20,000 nucleotides of DNA from an uncultured virus (IMG/VR IMGVR_UViG_3300042731_007181) (IMGVR_UViG_3300042731_007181); one strand, 5' to 3'. Positions 1-10,192 are shown, numbered from the stretch's first letter. Made by a program: numbers and translations. The notes: generated by a model from the sequence alone, not told the origin.

Positions 1-431
1 TCATAAGATACGTTTGTCACCGTACTGGCAGTTGTATAATCAGTAAAAATCAAATCAACCTCCAACGCAGCAGGGAAGAAATTGATGATTCTCGTAATCG
101 AAGATGATAATCTTTTTTGTAATGAACCGTAGTAAGAGAAATTAGTAACAACCGAAACATCATAGTTTGGATATACCCCGAAATTACGAGCCCAAATCTT
201 TCTCGACTCTTCGAGGTTTTCCATATCCATATTCTCCAAAGTAAATGGATTGGAAAAGACACCAGTTTCGAAGGTACGATTAACCTTCTCGACAATAGCA
301 GTAGTAAATTCAAAGTTACCCTGCGTCAGACCACCACCATCAACAAGCTGAAACCCCACCAAGTCTGGTGAGAATGTTTCTGCCCCTGAAGGGGGTGCTG
401 GTGGGTAACGATATTTTTTCTTACTTGCCAT
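1..431 (-). CDS. 5' part of a probable structural/baseplate protein, running off the left edge (absent from the ORF track because no stop lies in the window)
   Basis: ATG at 431-429 overlaps the TAA of the upstream gene (TAATG coupling). The frame stays open to base 1: MASKKKYRYPPAPPSGAETFSPDLVGFQLVDGGGLTQGNFEFTT...NFSYYGSLQKRLSSSITRIINFFPAALEVD. Structural role inferred from context only. Confidence 0.85.
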   Translation of the reverse strand, partial: MASKKKYRYPPAPPSGAETFSPDLVGFQLVDGGGLTQGNFEFTTAIVEKVNRTFETGVFSNPFTLENMDMENLEESRKIWARNFGVYPNYDVSVVTNFSYYGSLQKRLSSSITRIINFFPAALEVDLIFTDYTTASTVTNVSY

Positions 432-1336
432 TAGTCAATTACATTATTGAAGTTCTTACTGAAATCGATATTATCACCTCTATCCTGACGAACCTCAAAC
501 AATAGGTTATTGAACTCATCTCTAATCTCAAACAAGTTGTATTGTTTGTAGATGTTATTCGATGGGTCATAAAGTGTGTAAATACCATCCTCCATACTCT
601 TAGTCTGATTACCGTAAAGAGCAATCGCAAGAGTATCGATGTCGTGTTCAGCCATTTCAATATCTAATGTAACTGGGTTGAAGTATGTATTCGTGATTAT
701 GATATCCTGATTTGGTTGACCGATAAATGGTGTTGCGTTTGGTTTGTTAGATGGTGCACTTGACGGTGACAACGTACAGAATAATAAATCACTACCGTTT
801 TCAACATAACGATAACGGATTGTCTTTTGTGAACTATTTGTAAGATTAGTAGTTACAGGCTCACAATAGAAAGACGAAGTAATAATTCTGTAGAAGTTTG
901 GTACCTTCGTTCCACTGTCATTTAAGTATTCCACTCTAAATCCAACCAATCCCTGAGCAACAAATTTGTTACGGAATTGTGGGTCAACATTATTCAAATC
1001 AATGATGATACCTTTAACATTCGGTAATGCGGATAAAACACCACAATCAGTGATTGTCGTTCTCATCTCTACAGGACGAATATATAAAGTATAAATTCCC
1101 GTTTGGTTAAATTCATTGGATGGTAATCTTAAATTATACATTCCACCCAAAATTTCATTTGTATTTCCACCCGTATCGTTGTTGTGGAAATAAGGCGTCA
1201 AAATAGAAGCCGCGTCTAATTTCTTAAGTACAAAATCTTCGGTAACGTCTCTACTCGGCGTGTAATGCATGATGATTTCTACATCCTCAGGGGACATATC
1301 CGCAGGTCTTGTAATACCATAAGTTCCTAATGCCAT
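431..1336 (-). CDS. Hypothetical protein (301 aa), probably virion/baseplate-associated
   Basis: Long ORF with an A-rich leader (TAAAAAATG), coupled to both neighbours. Beta-rich composition; no catalytic motif recognised. Confidence 0.8.
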   Translation of the reverse strand: MALGTYGITRPADMSPEDVEIIMHYTPSRDVTEDFVLKKLDAASILTPYFHNNDTGGNTNEILGGMYNLRLPSNEFNQTGIYTLYIRPVEMRTTITDCGVLSALPNVKGIIIDLNNVDPQFRNKFVAQGLVGFRVEYLNDSGTKVPNFYRIITSSFYCEPVTTNLTNSSQKTIRYRYVENGSDLLFCTLSPSSAPSNKPNATPFIGQPNQDIIITNTYFNPVTLDIEMAEHDIDTLAIALYGNQTKSMEDGIYTLYDPSNNIYKQYNLFEIRDEFNNLLFEVRQDRGDNIDFSKNFNNVID

Positions 1337-1339
1337 TTT

Positions 1340-2422
1340 TTAATTTTCATTAATTTTATAGAAACCATAACCATATCTTGTCAAGTCTCCTAAGTTATCA
1401 ACCTCACCCAATCTTTCCAATCCTTCGAAAGCTGAGTTCTTGCCTCTGTCTATAAATACTTCACTCTGAATTTCTGGTGAAGAAACCATGTCTAATAATA
1501 CTTCTTGTTTTGTAATCGCACTAACACTTATGTCATTCGCAGTAATACCTGAAGAATTTTCAACAAATAATGTCGTCCCATCAGGATAATCATAGTAATC
1601 AACATTATTAATTGTATAGGCAGTATAGTCCGTATCCATTTCATTAATCACACCATACAACTGACCGTTTTGGAATATCGGTACATTTGTTGCATATCTA
1701 ACAGAACCGTAACTACTCAAACTCGTCAACTTACTTTTGGTATATCCAGAAACAATAAAAGGTACTATTGTACTATTCGAAGATATTTGAGCTTGAATAT
1801 TATTTTCTGCATCACCACTAAAGATAAAGTCATAACTCAACGGTGTACCCGCCCAACTACCTCCTTGAGGGGTGAATGTAATAGTACCATCAGGGTTAGG
1901 TATAGTTGCACCAACCATAGGTACCTCAATGGTTTTCTTAACTTCAGTAGTCCCCCATGGGTTTGTTTGTGTCATAGTAATGGTGAACTCAGAAGCATAA
2001 GGATAAGTGTGAGACAGACTATTGGGTGATGTTTGATTTATCTTTTGTGTCGAACTACCGTCACCCCAATCAATAACATAATCAGCCAACTGTAAAAACT
2101 TTTTGAAATCTCTATCCGAAGTATTATATATTAACACCTCATACCCATTATTAGGATTACCTGAATAAACAAAGTTATTTACAACATCTTTTTGAAGGAT
2201 GTACCCATCAAAAGGTGTGTAATAACCTAAGTCATTGAATGACTGAGTAAACATCACAGGTATAGTCAACCCAGTTAGTAAAGAACTACCATCAGTACCT
2301 CCACTCAAAATCTCTGTTAGACCCGAGTAAACACCAAAGGTATTTCCACTATAAGTTTCTTGAATTACATCGTCCTTCAAGACCTCAGGAGAAATCTTAA
2401 TATATGTTCTCTGCGTTTTCAT
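1340..2422 (-). CDS. PKD/Ig-like domain-containing putative structural protein (360 aa)
   Basis: YVIDWGDGSS...SHTYPYASEFTITMTQTNPWG matches the PKD-domain pattern (W-G-D-G ... H-T-Y ... T-I-T-x-T-x-x-N). Thr/Ser/Gly-rich. Start overlaps the upstream stop (TAATG). Confidence 0.75.
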   Translation of the reverse strand: MKTQRTYIKISPEVLKDDVIQETYSGNTFGVYSGLTEILSGGTDGSSLLTGLTIPVMFTQSFNDLGYYTPFDGYILQKDVVNNFVYSGNPNNGYEVLIYNTSDRDFKKFLQLADYVIDWGDGSSTQKINQTSPNSLSHTYPYASEFTITMTQTNPWGTTEVKKTIEVPMVGATIPNPDGTITFTPQGGSWAGTPLSYDFIFSGDAENNIQAQISSNSTIVPFIVSGYTKSKLTSLSSYGSVRYATNVPIFQNGQLYGVINEMDTDYTAYTINNVDYYDYPDGTTLFVENSSGITANDISVSAITKQEVLLDMVSSPEIQSEVFIDRGKNSAFEGLERLGEVDNLGDLTRYGYGFYKINEN

Positions 2423-3228
2423 TATGGGTTAACATATTCATAGAATTTTATTGGGTTTGTTTCTGTACCTATTCGTACACCATTTAAGTTGTACATCTCA
2501 TATTCATAATTATTATAATCCAATTGTAATTTGGTATAAAAATTCTCTGCTTTATTGAAATTAAATCTATTACTAAAATTCGATTGTGGTTGAATCATCA
2601 GTCTTGTAAACTCACCTGTCTTTCCATTGAAGAATTTTACTGACATATAAAATTGGTCCAAATTGATATAATCCCTATTTCTCAGCCAGTAAATAAAGAA
2701 CCCTTCTTTATCTCCCACATAATCCAATTTGTATTTTGGTATTCTGATGTCCACAACGTTGGGAACAACAGGTGTACCAATATCTGCAGAAGTTATCTCA
2801 CCTTGTTGTGTTGGAATTACCACCGTAAAATATAATTTCTGTTGCTGACTATTATTGGAATCATAGAAGTCTAACTTAAAGAAACTATTCTTAAATGAAT
2901 TGGCGTAATAATGAACCTCTTTGTCATTGAATCCAGCACCACTGTAACTATTAGTCCAATCTGTAGATGTCGCCCCTGTAACATCAATCAAAGAATTTAT
3001 AAAGTAGAACTCGTAGTTTATACTCGACGCAGTTGTACCATACATCTTATGGTCGAATCGTGTAACCTCAAAGTCTTCCGTTGGATTGATGACCTGTTCA
3101 ATAACCTCCTCCTCGAAAACATCAATGGCGTCGTCGCGTCCAGCAACGTCCCACCCCTGTTCGATAGGAATTTGAATTTCCCTTTCTATACCTCTATCTG
3201 AAAATCTATACTTATTCACAGTCATCAA
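2422..3228 (-). CDS. Hypothetical protein (~265 aa), probably structural
   Basis: Long aromatic-rich ORF overlapping the upstream stop. Start is uncertain (TTG 3228, ATG 3225 or GTG 3219). Confidence 0.78.
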   Translation of the reverse strand: MMTVNKYRFSDRGIEREIQIPIEQGWDVAGRDDAIDVFEEEVIEQVINPTEDFEVTRFDHKMYGTTASSINYEFYFINSLIDVTGATSTDWTNSYSGAGFNDKEVHYYANSFKNSFFKLDFYDSNNSQQQKLYFTVVIPTQQGEITSADIGTPVVPNVVDIRIPKYKLDYVGDKEGFFIYWLRNRDYINLDQFYMSVKFFNGKTGEFTRLMIQPQSNFSNRFNFNKAENFYTKLQLDYNNYEYEMYNLNGVRIGTETNPIKFYEYVNP

Positions 3229-4912
3229 TTAATGGTTGAGTTATCACACCAAGACCGTAGTTCAGTGTTCTTTGTGGCAATACTTGTAAGAAACTTATAT
3301 TTTTGAATGGATAATGGGCACCATTTAAGAAAGGATAGTCAACACCCACACCCTCAGCATCTATAAACCCATAAGGATATAAGTCTCTCCATCTCCATCT
3401 CTGCTCGAAACTCGAATAAAACGCATAATCAGGGATACCTTCAACATCCTCAATGTTACCCGTTTCAACATATGGTGAAAAGTCTCTAACCTGAATGGCG
3501 TGGTGAGGATAATACAAATACCCACTCGGTAAAACGACCGTATCATCATTTAGATAATGGTTCGGATTAAAACTATATTTGTGTAACATCGGAGATACAA
3601 CATTCTCCTGCATTTCATAGTCATTCCATTCACAGAAATCACCTAAGATAATGTCCCCCTCTGAAAGGTTTCTATTGTAATAGAAGGTCTGATTATTCAC
3701 CTGATAATTAGCAGTTGGGATATCATCTTTATTATTACTATTATCCTGTCTCCACCATGGGTCAACTTCTAACGATAAACAATTAAATTCCCAACCAATA
3801 TTCATAGCAGATGCCGACCTACCATAAGGCTTATTGAACCAACCCATATAACCTTTATTAATAATGGTCACAAAAAGTTCAGTAAGAGGTCTTTCTTGAT
3901 TGTCTTTATATTTTGAAATATCAATCTGTTTTTCAAATGTAAAAGAAACAACCTGACTACCATTTCTGGTTGATGTTCGTTGTATATTATTTGGTGTTAG
4001 TGCAGAATATTCTAATTTGGTGTCATTATTAAATGGGTTATTTTCAAATCCCATTTTTGCCATATTATAATCTTTAACATCCGTTAAAATCTTATGTCTT
4101 CTGACGTAATATTTTGATGTGGTTTCTTCTTTATTATTTTTACTTAAAACTCTCTTAAGTGTACCTGTAACCCCATCACCAAATGTGGTACCAGTATATC
4201 CCAAATTATAAATGGAAAAGACCTTTCCTTCACTTTTATAATCTTCATCACCTAACTCATATACTTGAAAGTAGTTCTCACCATTATAATCAAAGGATAA
4301 CTTAACATATTCACCGACAGTTAGATTGTGAGTACCACCACAATAGAAAGTAATAAGGGTCTTACCATTTACAACTCTATTTTTGATAGCAAATGGAATA
4401 CCATCACTTACGTTGAATATTGTTGTCGCACTTAACTCTTCATTCTTATAACTCATTGTTTGACCCGTATAATTGTCATGAACATATGAAAGGTAAGCGG
4501 TCCAATTATATGTTGTTGAACTCTTTGGTATAAAATTTACATGTCCATCAATTCCACTTGTTCTGATAAAACTAAACTCATCATATTGTGGATAACCTTG
4601 CCAAACGTTTGTTGTCACAGATTTCAGGGCGTCAGTATAATATAGAACATTTTGATATGGAGTGTAATTCGTTCTACCTGAAATGACATTATCCATAAGG
4701 TTGGTTAGTTTACCGGTAACCCTGATTAAATTTGAACCCTGACGTTCTTTATCGAATCTTTCTGCCAGATTCAATATAACAGTACGGTCACCGTCAACCA
4801 TCAACCTTTTCTGACCCTCTAACGTAACATCTAAAGAACCATCTAATGTTGGCGCACCCTTGTATTGTTTTTCACTCGGGACTATCCTTATTTGACTTGG
4901 TTCCTTACTCAT
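3212..4912 (-). CDS. Hypothetical structural protein (566 aa) with a possible FCCH-like small beta-barrel
   Basis: Long ORF with an ATGA overlap with the upstream gene. LITFYCGGTHNLTVGEYVKLS resembles the 'H-x-L-x-x-G-D/E-x-V' motif of E1-FCCH-like domains seen in phage tail proteins (weak). Confidence 0.78.
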   Translation of the reverse strand: MSKEPSQIRIVPSEKQYKGAPTLDGSLDVTLEGQKRLMVDGDRTVILNLAERFDKERQGSNLIRVTGKLTNLMDNVISGRTNYTPYQNVLYYTDALKSVTTNVWQGYPQYDEFSFIRTSGIDGHVNFIPKSSTTYNWTAYLSYVHDNYTGQTMSYKNEELSATTIFNVSDGIPFAIKNRVVNGKTLITFYCGGTHNLTVGEYVKLSFDYNGENYFQVYELGDEDYKSEGKVFSIYNLGYTGTTFGDGVTGTLKRVLSKNNKEETTSKYYVRRHKILTDVKDYNMAKMGFENNPFNNDTKLEYSALTPNNIQRTSTRNGSQVVSFTFEKQIDISKYKDNQERPLTELFVTIINKGYMGWFNKPYGRSASAMNIGWEFNCLSLEVDPWWRQDNSNNKDDIPTANYQVNNQTFYYNRNLSEGDIILGDFCEWNDYEMQENVVSPMLHKYSFNPNHYLNDDTVVLPSGYLYYPHHAIQVRDFSPYVETGNIEDVEGIPDYAFYSSFEQRWRWRDLYPYGFIDAEGVGVDYPFLNGAHYPFKNISFLQVLPQRTLNYGLGVITQPLIDDCE

Positions 4913-7900
4913 AATTTTTCTTGATTCAGAATAAATTTATCAATGAACTTATTCATAGAAGTACCACCCCTTCTCAATCCAAAGTAGAAGAAATACGGTG
5001 AACCCGCATGTATCTTGTTTTGGAACGAAGCTGGTTTAGAATCTGTCACCTCAACTTGATTACCTACAATGTTAGAATTATAAATGTAACCAGGTCTCTG
5101 TGTTGACGGCATCGATGTATTAGTACTGAAGGTATTTTGTGAGGTCATTCTATCTTCACTTTGGAACTGTACAGAACCAATACCATCCTGAGACCTCTTA
5201 CTATACCAATCATTCCATTGCGTTCCAAAGATTGTAGAACCTGTACTAACAATTTCCCATTTGTGGTACGGTACCAATTGGTCATTATGACCATAGTTAT
5301 CCGTCAAGAAGTTTGTAAGGGTATCTTCAAACGTAAATCTACCAGGACTAATCAAATCTCTGTTGATAGTATTAGCACTGAAGAAAATACCCAATACAGG
5401 GTCATATACTCTATCGTTTACAGGTGCACCAGGATTAGATAGTTGTTGGATATATTTGATTTGACTATCCGAATAGTTTGAACCCAAATAAGGTACAACA
5501 CCAAATTCAGAGTTGATACTCAATAATTGTGAAATATCACCATCCAATCTTTGGTTATCTCTTGAGAATAGTTTTGCAATTGAACCGTCACCCAAACCTA
5601 TTATTTGTTCCCAGAATCCTGCGTCCGTCAATCTACTAATAGCAAACAACTGAAGAATATCTGATGTGTCATTATATGACGAACTTCTAATCTTATCCAC
5701 AATGTACCCTTGGAATTCAGGGTTATAACAAATTTCTTTTGTGAATAAATCTCTTGGTCCTAAATCCATCATAGTCGTCGGATTACCCAAGAACTTCTTA
5801 TTAGCACCGTTAGAACGTCCGAGAATATTCACTAATGGTGTATTATCTCTACCGATAAATCTCTGACCTTGTGGTCGATTAGGATTGTATGGGGAAGCCC
5901 TATAGTAGAACGAATTAGTAACTATTTGATAGACAGCTGTATCTTTACAGTAAACATAAGTTGGGGAAGTGGTAAATGTAGTTTCATTAACATCATTTCC
6001 ATATACGTCATCTTTTTGGAATGCATACATATACAATGAACCATTTATCCAGTTGTTTACGAATGTTAAACTAACCACATTATTACATAAGGCAAACATC
6101 ATTCTGAATCTTGCTCTCCATTCTGCAATGGATTGGAAGTCTTCACGAAAGGCAAAGTTCTTAGTTAAAAGGTAATAACAACCTTTGTACATCTTCTTAA
6201 TTTCCTTTTTATCAGACATGTAGTAACATCTATCATCTTCAGGTAATACACCAATAGTTTCACCATTACCTGAATAACACTCCAATGGTACCATACCTTC
6301 ACAAGAGAATGTCTGATTGATTTGTGTTGCAATTGCACCAGCATCTTCATTGAAGTCATCTGCTCCATCTCCAAAACTATCACTCGACTCTAAATTGAAC
6401 GATACAGATGTACCATCATCACCGACGGTATAAATCGCAAACCTCTTATTTTGATGTAGTTGGAATCTTTTGTAAGGGTCATCTGAAGTTGGTAACCTAT
6501 CCGTTCTCATCACAATTTTTTGCGAATTCAACATAGGTAAATCCAAATTAGGATTTAATTGATAATATACAGGTGAAACATAAGACCAATCACCATTACC
6601 TAATCCCAACTTCTGAGCTGCAGTATTATCATTATTTTTAGACTGAATAAGACTTCCACCTTCTACCACCTCATCATTTCTATAATTAAATTTCCAAGCA
6701 CTATTACCACCTTCCATTTGACTCCAAGAACCAGGAGAATTTACAGTCCTTACTGCTTGGTTTTCTGTTTTGACTGAATTTTTATAAAACGCATTATTAG
6801 GATAAATTTGATTATTATCAATCTGATAATCCATCGATGAATAAAACTTAATGTTTTTATTCTTATAGGTTTGGTACATGTTATTGTTTGGACTAAATGA
6901 AAATGAATTAAAATAGATTGGTAATCCTGTTTCAGTACAGTTTTGTCCATTTGCGCCAATTCGATTATGTCTTGGTATTCTCCAATCTGAGTTGGCGTTT
7001 GGATATGGTTGAATTGGAATATTCATTTTGAAATTACCCCTTACCTGCGGACCGTTACCCATAGTGTACCCATATAATTTTGATAAATCATATTTGATGT
7101 CTTGTCTTGGGGTATGTGGGTCAACACCCCTAACTAAAAATATTACACAGTGGTCTTCCCAATCAGAATTAAGCTTAATATTTGGCACTTCATGTTCGAA
7201 ATAATTATTACTGGTGTTCCCATTTGGGTACACATCAGGATTTTTAGTACCAAAACTATAAAACTTTTCCACTTTTTGCCAACCAAAAATGTAAAACTGA
7301 CCGAGAGTATTGTTGGGAGTACCATATGTTGACAATCCTTTAGCAGTACTGTGTAATGTGTTTTCAAATTCAGAAAGTGTCTGACCTGTAATTACTTGGA
7401 AATACTCAATATCAGTACCAAATTCATAGTTTACTGAACTTGCGGTTTCACCTGTAATTGTATATGTCTTTTGTGCCGAACCTAACGTATCAGGGTCCAT
7501 ATATGTAACTGTAACATTAGAAGTACTTTGATTTTGGAACACTGTAGTACCTGTTGTTGTCCCACTAACATTAGGGTCATTTGTATTCTCAGGATTATTA
7601 AATGTGACTATTGTTCCTGATTTGAACGAATTTAATTGACCTGGGTCGAGTAACAACATCAAAACATTATCACTGTGTTTTTTGAAATTATTTTGAGTTG
7701 GATTTACATAAGTATCAATCCTATTTTGTCCACCAAATTGGTGGTATTTTGCCTTAACATTGAATAAATTAAACCTCTCACTTAGGGTTAAGTCTCTTGA
7801 CCATGTCTTTGCCTTAGCTTGTGGATTATCCCCACCCTTCAACCAAGGAGTTAGTGATTTAATCTCATTGTCACCCTCATATATATCATTACCGGCCATA

Positions 7901-10161
7901 ACCGTTTGGAAACCAAACGTAAATTTAGTCCAATCGGCCTTTTCATCATCATTATAACCCACTAACCTGTCGTAGAAAGTGTTTACATTAGAATCAATTA
8001 GTAAAGTCGTATTATCTTCTATTTCAGGTAAGTTTTGACCTTCAGCCTCACCAGCTTCTCTACCCTCACAAGCACAAGCCTGACACTCAGGATATGATAA
8101 GTTTGGTAAAGGAATTGCAGATAACGGACATTTTTTTGGTAAATTTATACGTGAATATTTCGGACATTTAACTCTTGCACCAAACAACCATGCAACCCCA
8201 TTGATAATATTACACAACAATACAAATATTGCAAATATCACTGATAAAATGACCGATAAGAGAAGTCTTAAAATAGGCCACAGGAAACAAATTACATGAC
8301 CAACCACTGTAATAGCTAATAGTATGGGTGTAAATAGTGTAACTAATAGATTAACAATTAAAAATAATAGACTGAAGTTTCTAACCCCATCATTCGTTGG
8401 GAACTTATTGGTGTCGTTCTCACATCCTCTATCCAAAATTTCTTTAATACCCAAGAACCTCGCTCGACCATAACCCGACCTATACTCGTCAATCATCTGT
8501 GACGGAGTATAAACCTTGTTGTAGTTCATCAAATAGAACGAATCCTCACATTGTACCGCAGCATCTTTATCTGCATATTCATCCCAATCCAATGAGAACG
8601 CATAAGACTTTTGGAATTGAATGTAATCGTAGTCATACTGTTTCACCTCAACAGTAACATCCTGACCAAGAGTCTGTGGTGGGTTTCCAACTTCAATCGT
8701 AGTCTTAGTAACCTCAATAGTTAATGTACCACCATTAGGAAACTCAATCCACTTTTCATTTCTAACAACACCATTGACTGTCAGATTGATTGCTTCAAGA
8801 TTCTTATTATAAGGAATAGTAACCGTAGTATTTGACGGTATAGAAATACTTTTTGTTTCAGTAATCTGACTTTGGTTAGTGAAATCTACCTCAACAATAG
8901 TCTCAGTATCTTTAGTTGCTGGGTCTACTCCTGAATTTTGTACACTACCATTCCACCCATACTCACGGATTTGTGGAACAATAAAGTTGGCTCTTTGTAC
9001 CTCCCCAACAATCGGGAAAATTTGGTCACCCTCGAAAGGTGGTCCATTCTCTTCAGATTGGTACTTAATCTTAAATCTATACTTACCCTTTGTTGGAATA
9101 CCAATGGTCGGGTCGTTAGATAATACGGTCTCACCAAATTCATTGGTAACCACATAATCTAAGTTCATTGGGATATCAGTGACAAACGCACCATTCTCGT
9201 CAATTACTTTACCTGAGTTCGGTAAACTGTATTGTTCCAACACAGGGTCACCATTCTCATCCACATCAATAGTCTGTCTGACCGCTAAAATTTCACCAGG
9301 TCCCGTAGCTAAGTTACATAAGTCACCCTGTTCTGTTCTCGGTTTACAGTTTGGTTTTACAGGTCTACTTTCAACATCACTGAAGACTGAACCCATAAAC
9401 ACCGCTGTTGGCTGAATTTCAATACCCAAATCCCTTAAATCGAAGTCGTTTCTCGTAATACCAATGTTACATAAGTCTTCTTGACCCCAAAAGGATGCCA
9501 CATCAATATCTTTTACTGAACTGATAATTTGTGGTAATTCATCAATATTTTTGGAAGCTTTGAAGTTAGAACCGTCGAACTGTTCTGCAACCCCCATGTT
9601 CATTCTAATCAAATCCTGAGGTCTCAAAGAGAAACAACCCATATCTGATAAGTCCATGTCCAATACGATTTTCTGACTACCCAACGGTACACCAGTAATC
9701 ATAAAGTCACCCGATGTGTTTGTTTTTACCGTAAATTTGTAGTATTTGTCATAAATCTCCAACACCTCACTACGAGTCATCACATCAGACCTCGAAGGGA
9801 AAGTCCCTGTCGGAGTATGTCCATTGTATTGTTTCTCGTATGGTAATAGATTATAACGGTATCCGTCCTCGTTTTTATCAGTTGGACTCTTGTATGGATA
9901 CAAAGTAGATATTACCGGGTCTTCGAGGTCCATATCATCCACAGGAATGAAGATAGACACCCTCGCGTTTGGAATACCAAAACCACTGTTGGCAACAACC
10001 CTACCGACAACCACACCGTAATCAGCACAGAATCTGGAATAGACATCTTCCTGTCTCAACTTCAACGATAAGATTTCGAGGAAGTCAAAGTCTTGCTCAA
10101 CATTCACACGAATGTTTTGGTCTGTCCCTAATTTTGTACGTATTCTATATGACTTAGACAT
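4909..10161 (-). CDS. Giant (1750 aa) baseplate-adjacent protein with an N-terminal carboxypeptidase-regulatory/prealbumin-like beta-sandwich, an internal hydrophobic segment and many cysteines
   Basis: Uninterrupted 5.25 kb ORF directly downstream of the gp6/J-like gene. GVVVGRVVANSGFGIPNARVSIF...KTNTSGDFMITGVPLG matches the CarboxypepD_reg-like pattern. Residues ~596-661 are almost entirely hydrophobic. Function unknown. Confidence 0.85.
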   Translation of the reverse strand: MSKSYRIRTKLGTDQNIRVNVEQDFDFLEILSLKLRQEDVYSRFCADYGVVVGRVVANSGFGIPNARVSIFIPVDDMDLEDPVISTLYPYKSPTDKNEDGYRYNLLPYEKQYNGHTPTGTFPSRSDVMTRSEVLEIYDKYYKFTVKTNTSGDFMITGVPLGSQKIVLDMDLSDMGCFSLRPQDLIRMNMGVAEQFDGSNFKASKNIDELPQIISSVKDIDVASFWGQEDLCNIGITRNDFDLRDLGIEIQPTAVFMGSVFSDVESRPVKPNCKPRTEQGDLCNLATGPGEILAVRQTIDVDENGDPVLEQYSLPNSGKVIDENGAFVTDIPMNLDYVVTNEFGETVLSNDPTIGIPTKGKYRFKIKYQSEENGPPFEGDQIFPIVGEVQRANFIVPQIREYGWNGSVQNSGVDPATKDTETIVEVDFTNQSQITETKSISIPSNTTVTIPYNKNLEAINLTVNGVVRNEKWIEFPNGGTLTIEVTKTTIEVGNPPQTLGQDVTVEVKQYDYDYIQFQKSYAFSLDWDEYADKDAAVQCEDSFYLMNYNKVYTPSQMIDEYRSGYGRARFLGIKEILDRGCENDTNKFPTNDGVRNFSLLFLIVNLLVTLFTPILLAITVVGHVICFLWPILRLLLSVILSVIFAIFVLLCNIINGVAWLFGARVKCPKYSRINLPKKCPLSAIPLPNLSYPECQACACEGREAGEAEGQNLPEIEDNTTLLIDSNVNTFYDRLVGYNDDEKADWTKFTFGFQTVMAGNDIYEGDNEIKSLTPWLKGGDNPQAKAKTWSRDLTLSERFNLFNVKAKYHQFGGQNRIDTYVNPTQNNFKKHSDNVLMLLLDPGQLNSFKSGTIVTFNNPENTNDPNVSGTTTGTTVFQNQSTSNVTVTYMDPDTLGSAQKTYTITGETASSVNYEFGTDIEYFQVITGQTLSEFENTLHSTAKGLSTYGTPNNTLGQFYIFGWQKVEKFYSFGTKNPDVYPNGNTSNNYFEHEVPNIKLNSDWEDHCVIFLVRGVDPHTPRQDIKYDLSKLYGYTMGNGPQVRGNFKMNIPIQPYPNANSDWRIPRHNRIGANGQNCTETGLPIYFNSFSFSPNNNMYQTYKNKNIKFYSSMDYQIDNNQIYPNNAFYKNSVKTENQAVRTVNSPGSWSQMEGGNSAWKFNYRNDEVVEGGSLIQSKNNDNTAAQKLGLGNGDWSYVSPVYYQLNPNLDLPMLNSQKIVMRTDRLPTSDDPYKRFQLHQNKRFAIYTVGDDGTSVSFNLESSDSFGDGADDFNEDAGAIATQINQTFSCEGMVPLECYSGNGETIGVLPEDDRCYYMSDKKEIKKMYKGCYYLLTKNFAFREDFQSIAEWRARFRMMFALCNNVVSLTFVNNWINGSLYMYAFQKDDVYGNDVNETTFTTSPTYVYCKDTAVYQIVTNSFYYRASPYNPNRPQGQRFIGRDNTPLVNILGRSNGANKKFLGNPTTMMDLGPRDLFTKEICYNPEFQGYIVDKIRSSSYNDTSDILQLFAISRLTDAGFWEQIIGLGDGSIAKLFSRDNQRLDGDISQLLSINSEFGVVPYLGSNYSDSQIKYIQQLSNPGAPVNDRVYDPVLGIFFSANTINRDLISPGRFTFEDTLTNFLTDNYGHNDQLVPYHKWEIVSTGSTIFGTQWNDWYSKRSQDGIGSVQFQSEDRMTSQNTFSTNTSMPSTQRPGYIYNSNIVGNQVEVTDSKPASFQNKIHAGSPYFFYFGLRRGGTSMNKFIDKFILNQEKL

Positions 10162-10174
10162 AATGCAGTTTTAA

Positions 10175-10192
10175 GATAAATACTTATTTATC
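10175..10192. promoter_or_regulatory. Inverted repeat GATAAATA-ct-TATTTATC containing the AAGTATTTAT motif upstream of the giant gene
   Basis: Perfect 8-bp arms with a 2-nt spacer in a 75-nt intergenic gap, ending 13 nt before the ATG at 10161. Confidence 0.45.

Noticed and set aside
50..313. 87-aa minus-strand ORF from the track
   Set aside because: It is an alternate frame inside the real gene starting at 431, which is coupled to its upstream neighbour and stays open to the window edge.
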